From contig OX597823.1 of the NCBI GenBank assembly GCA_951406725.2, positions 7,068,001 to 7,132,000 of the forward strand: 64,000 bases of DNA, written 5' to 3'. This document shows, one piece after another, positions 24,778-38,988 of the stretch. The stretch comes from Octopus vulgaris (lineage: Eukaryota). The stretch's first letter is position 1, and each line of letters begins with the position of its first letter. A program made the position numbers and the translations under genes. A model generated the notes under the pieces. That model made no database searches. It was not told the origin of the DNA and saw only the letters and a list, made by a program, of their open reading frames with translations.

Positions 24778-24927
24778 AGCAGAACCCTTAGCATGCCGGG
24801 CGAAATGCGTAGCTGTATTTCGTCTGCCATTACATTCCGAGTTCAAATTCCACCGAGGTCGACTTTGCCTTTCATCCTTTCAGGGTCGATAAATTAAGTA
24901 CCAGTTACACACTGGGGTCGATGTAAT
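24778..24927 (+). mobile_element. SINE family B, 3'-truncated, part of an inverted duplication
   Basis: Reverse complement of 23773-23922. Confidence 0.85.
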
Positions 24928-27425
24928 GTCTTCAACCATAACTGGTATGAAATGCTTTTATGTTGTCCATTTAATGGCTTTTGCAGTTTCTTTGGGACTG
25001 GAAGTTTCTAGTCATCCAGTCCATTTTCTATAAACTCTGGTGTATTTTAAAATTCTATTATGTTTCTTAGACTTTTCCATCCTTTACATTGAGGTCTTAG
25101 CACAACTCACATAACCTTATGCATATAATATCACCCTTCATTCCTCCTTAATCATCTGTACAATAGTGATATTCACACATAATCTAGACACTTGGATACT
25201 AGATTTGCTCTGATTTCATGAATAGATATCCCAAGACCAGTCTCTTGTGAGTTACCTAGTATTTTTCATCATCATAAAAAGACATATCACTACAGCTATT
25301 AAGGAGTTCCTCCTTACATATGAACAACACAGAATTATAACCACCAAAGTCACTCCAAAATATGACATCAGCATTACTGACAATCTTCTATGAACATTTT
25401 CCCTTGCCAAAATTTCTTTTAAGATACAACCTATGTCAGTCTTGATGAATTGCTGATTCTACAAATTTCAAGCACAACTCATTTATGGAACTAATTTCAT
25501 ATTTACAACAATGATGCACATATATACTTGATAAACTGTTTAATATGCAGAAGAGAACTCATTACCAGTGTAGCGAGTGCAAGCAATGAGTAAAGAAGAG
25601 GTGCAATGAAATTTGTTGTAGATTGGTCAAAATTAGGTGCCTGATAAATAGGAACAGTTATCATAGAGATGCCCCCTGAAATGTTGCCATTTCCCTGAAT
25701 GGACCAATCAAATTACTCACAAGAAGTAGTTGAAAAATTGTATTACTTTGAGGAATAAGATTAGTGCTGGGACTGTTGTATCCTGTTGCCTGTATTGGCA
25801 GAAAAGGTTTTCTCCTCTCATGCAAAAGGCATTCTGTGTTAAATTTGTATGTAAAATATGATGATGCACAATCAAGAAAATGGGTTTTGAATTCAGAATA
25901 ATTTTTGTGGGGCTAATGAGGAATACTCAACCATCTGTTGAACAGGCAACATTAAGCTGCTTGGCATTGAAAGTGAACAAAAAGGATAGCGCCTAGAGAT
26001 TTAAAGTATCAGCTAGTGTGAGGAGAGGTGGCTGCTTTGGTATGGACTTACAGGTTTATTGATGAACCCTTTAAGGTAACAAAAGAGTTATAAAAAGGAA
26101 CAAGGAAATCGAATTAGATAATCGAGTTTAATCTCATTGGAACATTTAACTTCAGAGAAAAAATTATGCCTACTTGATAGGAATAGCATACAGCATGTTA
26201 TATACCAACTCATTTCAAAATGAGGAAGTAGACATTAAAACATGAATAACGATGGCAGTTAAAATGCTTTTAACAGAAAATTGAGAAAAATACCTGAGAA
26301 GTACTAGAAAAAAATCATTCTTACCTGTACTCAGAAATTCCCTTTTTAACATTGAAGAGTTAAAAATAATGATATTTTTTATCTTGCACAATTATAAGTT
26401 TTTTTTTAGGGAAGCAAAGAATTAACTGAATTTACTACATCCTACCACTTTTGCCTTTTACAACTGAAAGAGTTTAACAAATAAAGAATTGCAACACTGG
26501 CACAAGATCTTTGATTTTTGGCAGAGGACACATTCAGCTAGAGTAACCACAATACCTAACCACTACGTATTTTATAAACCCCAGATGGATGAAAGACAAT
26601 AGCGATCCTAGTGGGGTTTGAACTCAACATCACAAGCATTTTGATTTGTTCTGAAGCATTCCAGCCATTCAATAAATGAGTTTTAAACATAATGGAATAT
26701 TTGTTAAGAGAAAGTGTAAACTGTAAAAATGGAAATGAAAAAATGAAATTAGGCTGATGGTAGCTTCTAAATTATAGATAACTTTTAATTTGCTGATTGG
26801 TCAACATCAAACAGATGAGTAGTTATTGTGTAAGAGAGAAGGTATTCTGTAAGGCATTGAGTAAGAAGAAGGTAGTCTTAAGTCTATAAATTAAAATTTC
26901 AAAATTACTATTCCTAATTCTTATTTGCTCCCTTAACCTTTTAATACATACATAGCCTATCTTTATAAATGAATATGAATGTTCTTTAATAATGAGCATA
27001 AGTACATATGTTAGGCAACATCTTCAGAATGTATATAATCAAAAAAAAAATCTATCAAAGAAAAGTAAAATATCTTTCATTGATATTTCTTGATATTTGA
27101 TAAAAATTTCTTTGCTGATTAATTGCTGTCTTTTCATCCAATACTTAATGTAAAATGAACAACAGCAACAACAGCAGCCATTGTAGTGATAAGTCACTGG
27201 AGTTGAAATGATATATAAAATTGTAATGAAGAAAACATAATCATTGGGTAGGTAAATCAATATTACAGTTCTATTCCTATCTATAGTCATATTTTTTTTC
27301 ATTTTTTAATTTTTATTATGTTTTATCTAATCTTCTTAACCCAATGATTAGCTGACCTAAGAGTCACTAACAACTAATGAATGCCAGACACCAGAACCAA
27401 TTTAGAATGGCAATAAAGCATTAAA

Positions 27426-27428
<3 letters not shown>

Positions 27429-27473
<45 letters not shown>

Positions 27474-27523
27474 GATGATGATGATGACGATGATGACAAC
27501 AACAACGATGATGATGATGATAA
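27429..27523. repeat. (GAT)n/(AAC)n trinucleotide tract
   Basis: Directly visible. Confidence 0.9.
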
Positions 27524-28404
27524 TAAAAATTAGAATAACAATAGGAAAAGAGTACTGAACTTGATAATAAATTAATAATAAACTAATGATAAAAAATAAA
27601 AAAAAAACTCTCAATGAATAATTGTTTTAAAAAAATCATGAATATCTGTCAATATATCAAAACATAGATTAAAAGTAAAATCGACAAAGAAAAAAAAAAA
27701 ACCTACATGATTTTTTAATTTCTAGCTTCTTATATTTCCTTCTCAGATATTGAAAGACAAAGTTATGCTCACATTGATTTCTAACATCAGTAGAAAGAAG
27801 GCTGCAAATATTTTAGATAAAGGCACAGTCAATTAAGTCATCCCCAGTACATGATTGGGACATATATTGACCCTTGTCAGTGAAAGGCAGAGATATAAAT
27901 TCAGAAGGTAAAGGGATGTAACTAAACTACTCAAAGATTCTTTTGCCTAACACCCTACTGGTTCTATCATCATCTGCTTTTATGCTTACATAATATTGAT
28001 TTCTAATACTGGCATTATGCCACAAATTATTGAGTGGGGCGGTGATATAATAGATTGTATCAACTATACTTCCTTCCTTCAAGAAGTTACAACATAAATA
28101 TATGCCTGATAATCATTTTATCGACCCTTGTGAGGTATTAGATAAAATCAATCTCAAAGGGATTTGAAGTCAGAACAAGAAGAGTGTCTCTAAATAGGTA
28201 TTTTGTCCAGTACTCTACTGTTTCTGCCATCTGGCTGAGCTTTGCTTCATTGTATAGATCAGGTGATACAGTGTAAATTCTGTAAACTTTTTGGGCCTGC
28301 TGGCAAGGAAGCATTTGATGCTGTTAATGTCCCATCTCATTGAAGTATCAGATGATGCTTGTGGGGATGCCTAGCTATTCCAACACTTCGGCTTCATTAT
28401 CATC

Positions 28405-28888
28405 CACAATGTGAAGACCCGACAAATGAAGTGAGTTCATGGCTCACAGGACGGCCTGCTGTGCTAACCTTGGATCGAAGAGTGACCCACTGTTCTTGAG
28501 GAGACCTATTGAATCAAGTACGTCAACACCAACATCAAAATGAAAATCAATTGGAAATTGTAGTTAAGATATTCGTGCCGCTGACACGTTAAAAGCACCG
28601 TCTGAACGAGGCAGATGCCAGCGCCGCCTGACTGGCGTCCGTGATGGTGACACGCAAAAGCACCAACTGATTGTGCCCGTTTGCTAGCCTCCTCTGGCCC
28701 CTGTGCCGGTGGCACATAAAAAGCACCCACTACACTCACGGAGTGGTTGGTGTTAGGAAGAGCATCCAGCTGTAGAAACACTGCCAGATCAGACTGGAGC
28801 CTGGTGCAGCCTCCTGGCTTCCCAGACCCCAGTCGAACCATCCAACCCATGTCAGCCTGGAAAACGGATGTTAAATGATGATGATGAA
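28405..28888 (+). mobile_element. RTE 3'-UTR-type element (family C)
   Basis: GGAGACCTATTGAATCAAGTAC, hairpin units, AGGAAGAGCATCCAGC, (GAT)n tail. Confidence 0.85.
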
Positions 28889-29975
28889 TAATGCCATGAG
28901 TATTTTGGGTTGCTTCAAAAATGTATAGATGCAAACACCAATATCCCCTTGTGTGATGTACCATTGTTGTTAAGTACATCTATAGCTGTCATGATTATTT
29001 TGAGAGAAATACTTTCTCCAGCAATAGATTAATCTGAAGCTGTTATTGTTGTTTAAAAACTGTTTGATGTTGTACTTAGTATAGTTTTAGTTTTCTAAGC
29101 ATCAGTATGTCTTTTTTCTCCCTGGGTCTTACATCCAAGCTTAGAGCTTCCATGTTTTGTTTGCATACATGTTTATTATGGAAAACCAATTCACTAGTCC
29201 GAAAGAAGGGAAGCCTTTAGGGTGAAGTGATTCTACGTGTTGTGTAAATTATCTATGCCAGTAAAAATCTGTTACTGGACAAAGTGTACATAATTAGCAA
29301 ATCAGACAATGCGACAACCTGAATGTCAAAGATTCTTCATAGTCAGCAGCTTAAGTGACAGCTGTTGCAGTCACTGTTTTTGAAAATGCTGATTAAGAAT
29401 TTCATATGTATATGTCTTATATATATACTTCCATACCATGCAAACACTTGTTAACATTTTCTATGATTTTCTTAAAATAAAAAGAGATTGTCATTGATGG
29501 CAAATCCAAGGTATGTAATTTGTTTAAACAGCTTCTTGAGAAGATCAACTGAATTAGCTTTGTGTAAGAAAACCTATGGCACACAAGTAGCTGATTAAAC
29601 AAAACATTCAATTGATATTTTGTCTCAAATATTTAGAACTTTAGATGTAATTATAGATCCAACACTTTCAATCAGGATGTCTTCTTTCTGCACAGACAGA
29701 ACCCTAAAAAGCAACACAAAGATTTCTATTGGAAGACATAGTAATCTAATTTTTGAAATGTCTGATCAACTTTTTGAGTAAGAGGAACGAATTTCTTTCA
29801 CACACTCCATCTCTTATTTGATTTCTGTAACTTCATATAAACTTGACAATAAAAGACATTATTTTAAACTGAACTATTGACACACATATAACTTTCCTTT
29901 AAATATAAGTTCAAAAACAGCTGCACAGAAGAGAATTGAAGAATCAAAACACATACGTAGATTTACAAAAATAGC

Positions 29976-29979
<4 letters not shown>

Positions 29980-30050
<71 letters not shown>

Positions 30051-30061
30051 TATATATATAT

Positions 30062-30099
<38 letters not shown>

Positions 30100-30100
30100 C

Positions 30101-30132
<32 letters not shown>

Positions 30133-30143
30133 CATCATCATCA

Positions 30144-30186
<43 letters not shown>
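29980..30186. repeat. (TA)n microsatellite
   Basis: Directly visible. Confidence 0.95.
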
Positions 30187-30479
30187 TGAAAAATTAAGAA
30201 GAAGAATTGCCATGGAAAAACAGAAAGAAAATATGCATTGGTTTCAGATACTTAAGACAACCTCTTCTGGTTGAAATAAGATGGAAAGAAAAATTGAAAT
30301 AAATGAAATTAAAATAAATGATAGTTCATATACTTTTCTTATAAAAATCTTATGGTGCTGTATTTTTTTGTGTTCTTCTGATTGTAGCACCTTGAGATTT
30401 TTATTACGAAAGTTTAGTTTAATCTATTTCAATTTTTCTTTCCTTTTTATTCCAGCATAAAGAGATCATCTTATATTAC

Positions 30480-31790
30480 CCAAAAATATCCAAAGATAAA
30501 TGGAACCTTAGGTGTGGCATAAATACATAATAAAAACAAACAAATGGTTTAAGTGGTACTGCTACAATAGTTTCATTAAGAGTCTTTGTTGTAATGTAAG
30601 CATGGTAGAATCAGGTAAGCAGTATGCACAACATCCATAAGAGTATGTAAATACATCATGCAACTCTCAACTCATCAGGTTTACCAAATATTCAAGCCAC
30701 ATGATTTTAAGGATGTTGTCTACACATCATACCCGACTGCATTATGTTTATGTAGCAATACCAGGTAACCCATTCATCTGTTTTTTATTACACAAGTATA
30801 TATAGATATATAGGCTGTAGAAAACTATTTTTTCAGAAAGATTCTAGAATTGGAGTGCATTTGGATGTAAATACCTTTGTATTGCTGCCTCAGAGTAGTG
30901 ACTTCTTTCTTGTAATTCTCCATACATAAGTATTTTTGTTTGATAATTTATAATTTTTTAATGTTTTTTTCAATAAAACATGAAAATATAATCTACACAC
31001 ATTACAGCAGTTTTAAGCTTACTTTCTTTATACTTTACTGATCCTGTCATTGGCAGAGATTTTAAAATTTGATTTTCCCTTTCACAAACTGTTTAGGTTG
31101 TTTCAGAGTTTGTTTCTTCTGGTCGTAAACTGCTTTAGTCTTTAAATATTTGATATGTTATGACTGCTTAGTTGCTTCTAATAAGTTTTTAAAGACCACA
31201 AATATTACTAGGCCTTTGATCAAATTTTTCACTTACAAATAGATTGTTCCAGCTCAAGTTTAATAAATGCTATTGATTGATGCACTTTCAAAATGACATG
31301 AGTAACTCAATCGTCATCTAGATCAATTTTCTTACACACCAATTTTACAAAACTGGTTATCTTGGCTACAACAGAAGAAGGTGAGGGGATTTGGTACTTT
31401 GTTAATTTTTGGCCTTATTTCTCATATAGTAACATTTTGGAAGGTCTTGGTATGTACTAACTGATAACTTACATTGGCAGAGGGCTAGCGCCTTGCAAAA
31501 GATTTGTTTAAACTTTTCAAATTTTAGACAAATAAAAGACATTTTAGTCCAGTTGTGGGAAATACTGTAACCTGTGACCTGTGGGACTTTCTGAATTTGC
31601 CTTGAATCCTTTTAGAAGTGCAACCTGTCTGATGATGAGCCAAGTCCCAAATGGTTCACTTCTCATAAAAAGTTGCCTGTACCTCTTGTAGTCAAATAAA
31701 AAAATACTCCTTCAGATAAGATTCCCATATGCAATAACCATCAGAGCAATTTTTTAAGTAGCAATTATGCTACCACCAGCCTCACCATTA
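30480..31790 (-). mobile_element. Possible heavily decayed LTR-retrotransposon (Ty3/Gypsy) pol remnant
   Basis: Minus strand CCATTTGGGACTTGGCTCATCATCAGAC recalls the RT PFGLxSS motif across a frameshift; otherwise broken. Confidence 0.2.
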
Positions 31791-32675
31791 AACCTTTAGG
31801 CTTTTGCATTTAATTTATTCATTTTGTAATTATTTTGCTTTGTTCTTTGCACTCTCACTTTTGATTAGTCTTTTCTTCCTTTTCATATTTTCTCATTTTC
31901 CCACAGCTTATACCATATTCCCCTCTTGCTTCCTTGCTATCATTTTTTTAAAGTTATCTCATAGTTTCCCCCTAATTCATCTTAGCTGTATTTGACAAAT
32001 TAAGCATAATTTACCTTATACCCTAACATATGATTTTTTTGTGTTCACTATTTTCAGTTAACTCTTTACCCTATTACTAAGCAGTTTCTTCTCATTCTTA
32101 AACAAATTCATTCAAGAAAAGAATTTATTATCATAAAATATTATTTTTGTTGTTTTGATTTTCTAAAATTTCCGATGTTTCTTAAGATGTTAAGAAATAT
32201 TTCAACTCCTTAAATTGCTTTCATTAACACAATTAACACCAACAAACAGACGTCAGTCATTGATGTCTGGTTGTAATAACTGAAATTTGCACTCAAGTAC
32301 ATGACATAGCTGCAACATATATTAGAAAAGGAATGTATACAGCACAAGGGACGTTTAGAAACATTAACCAAACCTGAATGTCCAACCAGAAGTCTCAATT
32401 GTAAATGGAAAAGCTGCACATGTCAATAACCAAAGTCCAAAGAATTAACAAAGATGCATTACAATGAATTCAAAGCAACAGGTAATTGTCTAAATGGATG
32501 GAAGAGCCTAGAAAACATAAAGCAAGAAATACAGCATTGGTAAGGGTATTAACACAAACATGCCACAAATATAAAAGACAAAACTATTAGGAATTATAAT
32601 ATTGATGAGTGCATTCATTTCTATCAAGTTCTTTCTCCTAAGAATGATTGCATACATCAATATTTTGATTCTCAG

Positions 32676-32890
32676 GGCAGCAAGCTGGCAGAATCGTTAG
32701 CACACCAGGTGAAATGCTTAGTGGTTTTGCGTCTGTTGTTACATTCTGAGTTCAAGTTCCGCCAAGGTCAACTTTGCTTTTCATCCATTCGGGGTCGATT
32801 AAATAAGTACCAGTGACACACTGGGGTCGATGCAATCGACTTAATCCCTTTGTCTGTCCTTGTTTGTCCCCTCTATGTTTAGCCCCCTGT
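32676..32890 (+). mobile_element. SINE family B
   Basis: GCTGGCAGAATCGTTAGC head...GGGGTCGATTAAATAAGTACCAG...TTTAGCCCCCTG. Confidence 0.88.
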
Positions 32891-33789
32891 AATAATTTAA
32901 TCTCAGCTTTGCAAATATCTTCATGCATCAAAACATATTTTCTGTACTGATTCCCATAGACAGAAGTAGCATTCTCATGTAGTTCTAAAGAAATGGGTAG
33001 TGTCTACAACTGAAAAGTGACATTTATGCCAAAGCACCAGGTGTAGTGATCTTCTTAAGTACCTCGGAGCAAATGTTATTGTTTTCACATCTTCTGTTGT
33101 GAGAAGTCATTCTCCGATATGACACATTACAGCAAAGAGCCATTCTCACAATTCAGCGTGAAAATATGTTAAGAATGAATGCCCGCATCAATACTTTTGC
33201 TTCTCACTGTTTTTCATGCTTGTAATAACGCTTCTACACTATTCATGTCAATACATTAAATTCATCATGTATTGTATCAATTTTGTTTGCAAGTCTAAAA
33301 TCTCCACAGCAAATCCTAAACAAATTCAAAGAACTCAAAGCAGCAGTTCATTTTATGTTACCATAGGTTTCACACAGACTCCTTCACAACAAAACCAAAA
33401 CACATTCAATACCAAGGCAGTGGTAAGTGTGAAAGGAAAATTAACGATAAAAATGCAATAGTAATCCATTTCAATAACTTCCAACTTAAATTTAATATTT
33501 TGTGTTTTATGTTTTATCCTTGAACATAAATAAAAGGTAGGTGGAATTCAAGTCAAGAATAGTTTTAAAAGTGACTGATAAGAAAGAAGAGTAAATTAGT
33601 ATTTTGAAATACAAGTTGTAACTCAAGAAAGAATATAAAATAGTGTGGATAACATAAGAAAAGACCTTAATATGTCATGTTTTTAGTCTTAACCCTTTGT
33701 ACCTGTAAGTAAGCTGTAACAGGTGCAGTTTCATTTGACTGTACCAGTACAGTTTTCTCTTGTGTAGCCTAGAGCTGATTCCTGTAGGC

Positions 33790-35330
33790 ATGTTTCCATT
33801 TATTTTATCTATATTCCATCATTCATATTCCAAACATTACACATCAACAGATGCATACTCACCTCATTATCAAACCAGCCTTTCCCCATCCTACATAATT
33901 AATGCACATGCTTCATTTCCGTTTAGTATCACGCTTTCTACACATGCATCAGACAATCTGTTACTCACTCAGAGAAAGAATCCCTTTATTGGCAATATAG
34001 GAATAGCGTCCTGAACTCCCTACTCCCAGCTATAACTGTACAATTTCTATCTAGAAAATCCTTCTTCTCTGCAGCTTATCTATGACACCACAATATCTTT
34101 TGTACACATATTTGGTAGACAATATAAAATTTCTACATCCTTAACTGCATATCAAGCATGATCACTTCCCAGATGCCAGCAGAAGTTTAAATATTTTCTT
34201 GCTAAAACTTTTATCTTTGTAGGATTGACTTTTAGACCTTTGATTCAAGGCTGTTCTTTTACATTGGGAACCTTCCTTCCATTTCTTTGACTGGAGTTCC
34301 CATTCACAGCTGGTCTTGAAATCCTCTGTTACGTCCTGGGGAACTATAGTAAACAAGTAAAGAGCTAAGAACCAAACCCTGATGCTAAATTCTTTGCTAA
34401 ATTCATTGTTAGCTCTTATCTTGCAAACAATACACTTGTACATGACTTGGAAGGATCACACAAACCATTCATCTACACCAAGTTTTTTAGTGACCATCAG
34501 ACCTTAGAGCAGCTTATCCTTTCAAAGGTCTTCTCCAGATCAAAGATAGCTAATAGCTTTACCTGTCATTGTATCACTAACAAGAGGGCTTCTGTAGTTG
34601 TTTACCATGACTCAAACTCAATCCACATCTCATCTAAGCTAATTCTCTACTGACACTTTCATTATCTGATCCATCAACATGTTACTCTTTTACTTACACC
34701 ATTCTAGAGCATCTACTTTGCTCTTGTAGCAGTTAACCCTTTCGTTACCAACCTGACTGAAACCGGCTCTGGTTCTGTAGTACAAATGTCTTGTTTTCAT
34801 AAGTCTTGAATTAAAATCTTCTACTAAACCTTAGTCACAATTTATGTTGCTAACACTAGTTGAATGATAACTAAGTTATTTTACTAAATTCTTTATCATA
34901 TTTAAAGTAATTGAAAGAAACACAGAGCATCTCAAAATAAATACAGTAACAAAAGAGTTAAAGATGCTTCTTCTATGCCAGTCACTGAGGATAGCATCTC
35001 CCTAACTATACAAATCACTCACTTCTGCCTATCTTACCAGATATTTTCAGCAGCTCTGTGTCCATCTTTGAGGATTCAGTTGCATTGCTTTCCTTCATAT
35101 CATTAGTGGCCCTTTCAACCACATAGCAATTGAAATCTAAGCTGGTCCCTCTGTTGGGGCTACGTAGCCCCTCTTCCTTCCATGCTTTCACTTCATTCAA
35201 CAACCTCTCATAGTAGCATTTCTTTGTCCCCTTCCTTTCAGTACTAATGCTATTATCATTATACACACACTTTTCATGAATGACATCCTTACATAGGCAC
35301 ACAGCTTAGCAGTTCAGAATATCTAGCACT
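33790..35330 (-). mobile_element. Decayed RTE LINE RT region
   Basis: ORF 34162-34443 NNEFSKEFSIRV...DVTEDFKTSCEWEL resembles RTE RT; Cys-rich segment SGK*SCLICS; homologous to 48745-49460. Confidence 0.7.
34737..34957. mobile_element. piggyBac-like MITE, 221 bp
   Basis: TTAA on both sides (34733-34736, 34958-34961); imperfect TIR CCCTTTCGTTAC / GTAACAAAAGAG; interrupts the RTE remnant. Confidence 0.75.
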
Positions 35331-35351
35331 GGCTTCTGTGCCAGTGGCACG

Positions 35352-35997
35352 TGACCTGCTGTGCTGGAGGAGACCTATTGAGTCAAGTACATCAACATCA
35401 AAATAAAAATCAAATGGAAATTGTAGTTGTGATACCTGTGCTGGTGGCACGTAAAAAGCACCATCCGAACATGGCTGCTGCCAGCGCTGCCTTGATTGGC
35501 TTCTGTGCCGATGGCATGTAAAAAGTACCAACCAATCATGGCCGCTGCCAGCCTCCCCTGGCACCTGTACTGGTGGCCCGTAAAAAGCACCCACTACACT
35601 CACAGAGTGGTTGGCGTTAGGAAGGGCATCAAGCAGTAGAAACACTGCCAGATTAGACATGAGCCTGGTGCAGCCTCCTGGCTTCCCAGACCCCAGTCAA
35701 ACCTATTTCTTTATTACCCACAAGGGGCTAAACACAGAGGGGACAAACAAGAACAGACATAGGTATTAAGTCGATTACATCGACCCCAGTGCGTAACTGG
35801 TACTTAATTTATCAACTCCGAAAGGACGAAAGGCAAAGTCGACCTCGGCGGAATATGAACTCACAACGTAACGCAGACGAAATACCGCTAAGCATTTCAC
35901 CCGGCATGCTAACGTTTCTGCCAGCTCGCCAGTCAAACCGTCCAACCCATGCTAGCATGGAAAACGGACGTTATATGATGATGATGATGATGATGAT
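35352..35997 (+). mobile_element. RTE 3'-UTR-type element (family C) interrupted by SINE B
   Basis: Family C body resumes after the insert with AACCGTCCAACCCATGCTAGC and (GAT)n. Confidence 0.85.
35704..35930 (-). mobile_element. SINE family B, full length, with TSD
   Basis: CCAGTCAAACC at 35693-35703 and 35929-35939. Confidence 0.92.
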
Positions 35998-36019
35998 TTG
36001 AACCTAATAATACAAAATA

Positions 36020-36316
36020 AATCAAAAATCAAAACAAATCAAAATAGATGAACATCAATGGAATTTTTATCTTTGTGGTACCAGTGCCGGTGGCACGTGG
36101 CACACAAGAAAACCATCCGAACGTGGCTGTAGCCAGTACCGCATCGACTGGCTTCCGTGCTGTGGGCACGTAACAAGCACCATCCGATCGTGGCCGTTTG
36201 CCAGCCTCATCTTGCCAGATCTGACTGGACTGGTGCAGCTTTCGGGCTCCCCAGACCCCAGTTGAACCGTCCAACCCATGCTAGCATGGAAAGCGGATGT
36301 TAAATGATGATGATGA
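36020..36316 (+). mobile_element. RTE 3'-UTR-type element (family C) with internal deletion
   Basis: GTGCCGGTGGCACG unit, CCAACCCATGCTAGCATGG, (GAT)n. Confidence 0.8.
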
Positions 36317-38222
36317 AATATGTACCGTTCCCTCTGTCTAAATGTTAACATTCCTTTTTCCTTCTTTTTCTTTCATCCATCTCAGGTTTACCTTTTAGTT
36401 TTTATGAATATGGTATTTATCAAAATTAAAAATAAAATAAATTGCAAACTATAAATTTTAATGATGACTAATGATGACTAATGACTTATTTTAAATCTGG
36501 CTGAGAAAGACTACTGGGTAACTTGTGACCTGTTATAGAAAGTTTCTAGAGAGTTTTTAAAAAATGGAGCTAAATTTTACATTGAATATAAAGCAATGGC
36601 TTTTGATACATAACTTCTTTATTATTTGGATATAATTAAAAAGCCAAATTTTAAAATCATGTCCCAAGACAGATTGATATTTCTAATTTTAGCTTATATA
36701 AACTAACTTTCTAGGGAGCCTCTGTCTTATGAAATATCCAAGAAATGCACAAATTATATTATATTGACAAAATTGCTATGACTTTAGGTTGAGTTTGCTA
36801 GATTCCCAAGTATAATGTGTAATAAAATAGCAATTTTTTTCTTTTTTTCTTTCTCCTAATATGAGTATATTCTTATCAATACTATCATTAAATGTGGAAA
36901 GCTACCACAAAAATAAATAAATAACATTTTGTGTTATAAGCTATAAAATTAATTTTCATAATGTAACTTTCTTTTAGATATGGTGGAAAAATTGACTAGA
37001 GTATGAAATGCAATTGTGTTTAATTGCATAGTATGTCCACTTGCTCTTTCTTATTTAGTTAGATTGAATAGATATTCTAAAGAATGGAAATATATAAAAA
37101 GAAATTGAGTACCAAAGGACCTACCCACTCTCTCATTTATTTCTATCTCCCACTTTCAGGAAACAGAGAGGGGCTGAGAGAGTGAATGAGAGGAAACAGA
37201 AAAGAGAAGAGAAAATAGATTGTTCTTTGTTGTGCGAGAGAAGGAGGAAATATAAAAAGCAAATTCTGAAAAAATTCTGCCAATAGAAAATAAGAAAAAA
37301 TATTGAACACCAGTAGTAAGCTAAGCACTTGTCTTAATTACACTTCATTATCTAAACGATGCTGTAAAAAACAAGTTGGAAGAATGTGTCAGTTCTTTGA
37401 TAATTACACAAGACACATTTCTCAATAAAGATTATAATTTTAAGCTAAGTGTCTTTGTGGACTGCTGGTGAGTTATTGCTCACTTGAAAGAAGAAGAATA
37501 CTTAACAATGAAAAAGAAACAATAACAACACTGGTATGCACCTTATTACTGCCACTTCATTTCTTGAAAGGAACATTGATTTTGGCTGTTTGGTAGTTGT
37601 AGATAGAAGGAAATACTTAATGCAAGTAAGGCTCTCCTCCAGACATCATTTCTGTTCATTGAGACTTGTAAAAACTGTATATGAAGCCAGTCCTTATTTA
37701 TTAGAATACAAAAGTGCCTACAATTGCATACATATATATATATTCACAACCAAATATATATATGTACAAATATACAAATGTTCACATGCATGTAGGTATT
37801 TGTAAATGCATGTGTGAGTGAAAGAAAGGTTGAAAGAAACTTGATATACCTCAGATATATGCATGAATAAGCTGTCTCTATCAATCTTTCTCTGCCTTTA
37901 TCCATATGTATGTGTACCTGACGTGTCTATGTGTTTGTGTGTGTATGCATATATATGTGTTTTAGTGTTAACAACAGAATTTGTATGTTCTGTTGTTCTG
38001 CATCAACAACTGTATATACCCACTTTCATGACCACAGCCAGGTATATATTATGTAGAAGTAAATTACAAGAAAGTTTTGTGTAACTGCTTTTTTGTTTCT
38101 TCTTCTTTTTATGCAGTATCATAGTAAATATAGTGTATACTATACTATTCCCCTGACTATAATGGCATGTAAGATTGCTTTAGAATAAAAGATTTTGTTG
38201 TTTAGTTAATTCACAATATATA

Positions 38223-38269
<47 letters not shown>

Positions 38270-38280
38270 GTATATATATA

Positions 38281-38451
38281 GTCGCAGGAGTGGCTGTGTG
38301 GTAAGTAGCTTGTTTACCAACCACACGGTTCCGGGTTCAGTCCCACTGTGTGGCACCTTGGGCAAGTGTCTTCTACTATAGACTCGGGCCGACCAAAGCC
38401 TTGTGAGTGGATTTGGTAGACGGAAACTGAAAGAAGCCCGTCGTATATATG

Positions 38452-38488
<37 letters not shown>

Positions 38489-38692
38489 TTGTGTGTCTGT
38501 GTTTGTTCCCCTGGCATTGCTTGACAACCGATGCTGGTGTGTTTATGTCCCCGTCACTTAGTGGTTCGGCAAAAGAGACCGATAGAATAAGTACTGGGCT
38601 TACAAAAGTATAAGTGCTGGGGTCGAAATGCTCGATTAAAGGCGGTGCTCCAGCATGGCCGCAGTCAAATGACTGAAACAAGTAAAAGAGTA
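38281..38692 (+). mobile_element. SINE family A, full length
   Basis: Complete match to the other copies. Confidence 0.92.
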
Positions 38693-38821
38693 ATATATAT
38701 GTGTTTGTATGTGTATACATTTATATAAGCACACACATACATACATATGTATACACACACACACTCACATATATTAATTATTTTATATATATGCATATAT
38801 GTGTGTGTATGTATATATATA

Positions 38822-38880
<59 letters not shown>

Positions 38881-38941
38881 GCTCACACACATTTATTTGT
38901 ATATGTGTGCATATGTACACACATGCACATACGTACATACA

Positions 38942-38988
<47 letters not shown>

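Noticed and set aside
24930-26300. Possible LTR-retrotransposon remnant
   Set aside because: Composition is suggestive but no motif could be read with confidence
37143-37475. GA-rich segment with splice-like signals as a promoter or exon
   Set aside because: No coherent ORF or paired splice sites that can be supported from sequence alone
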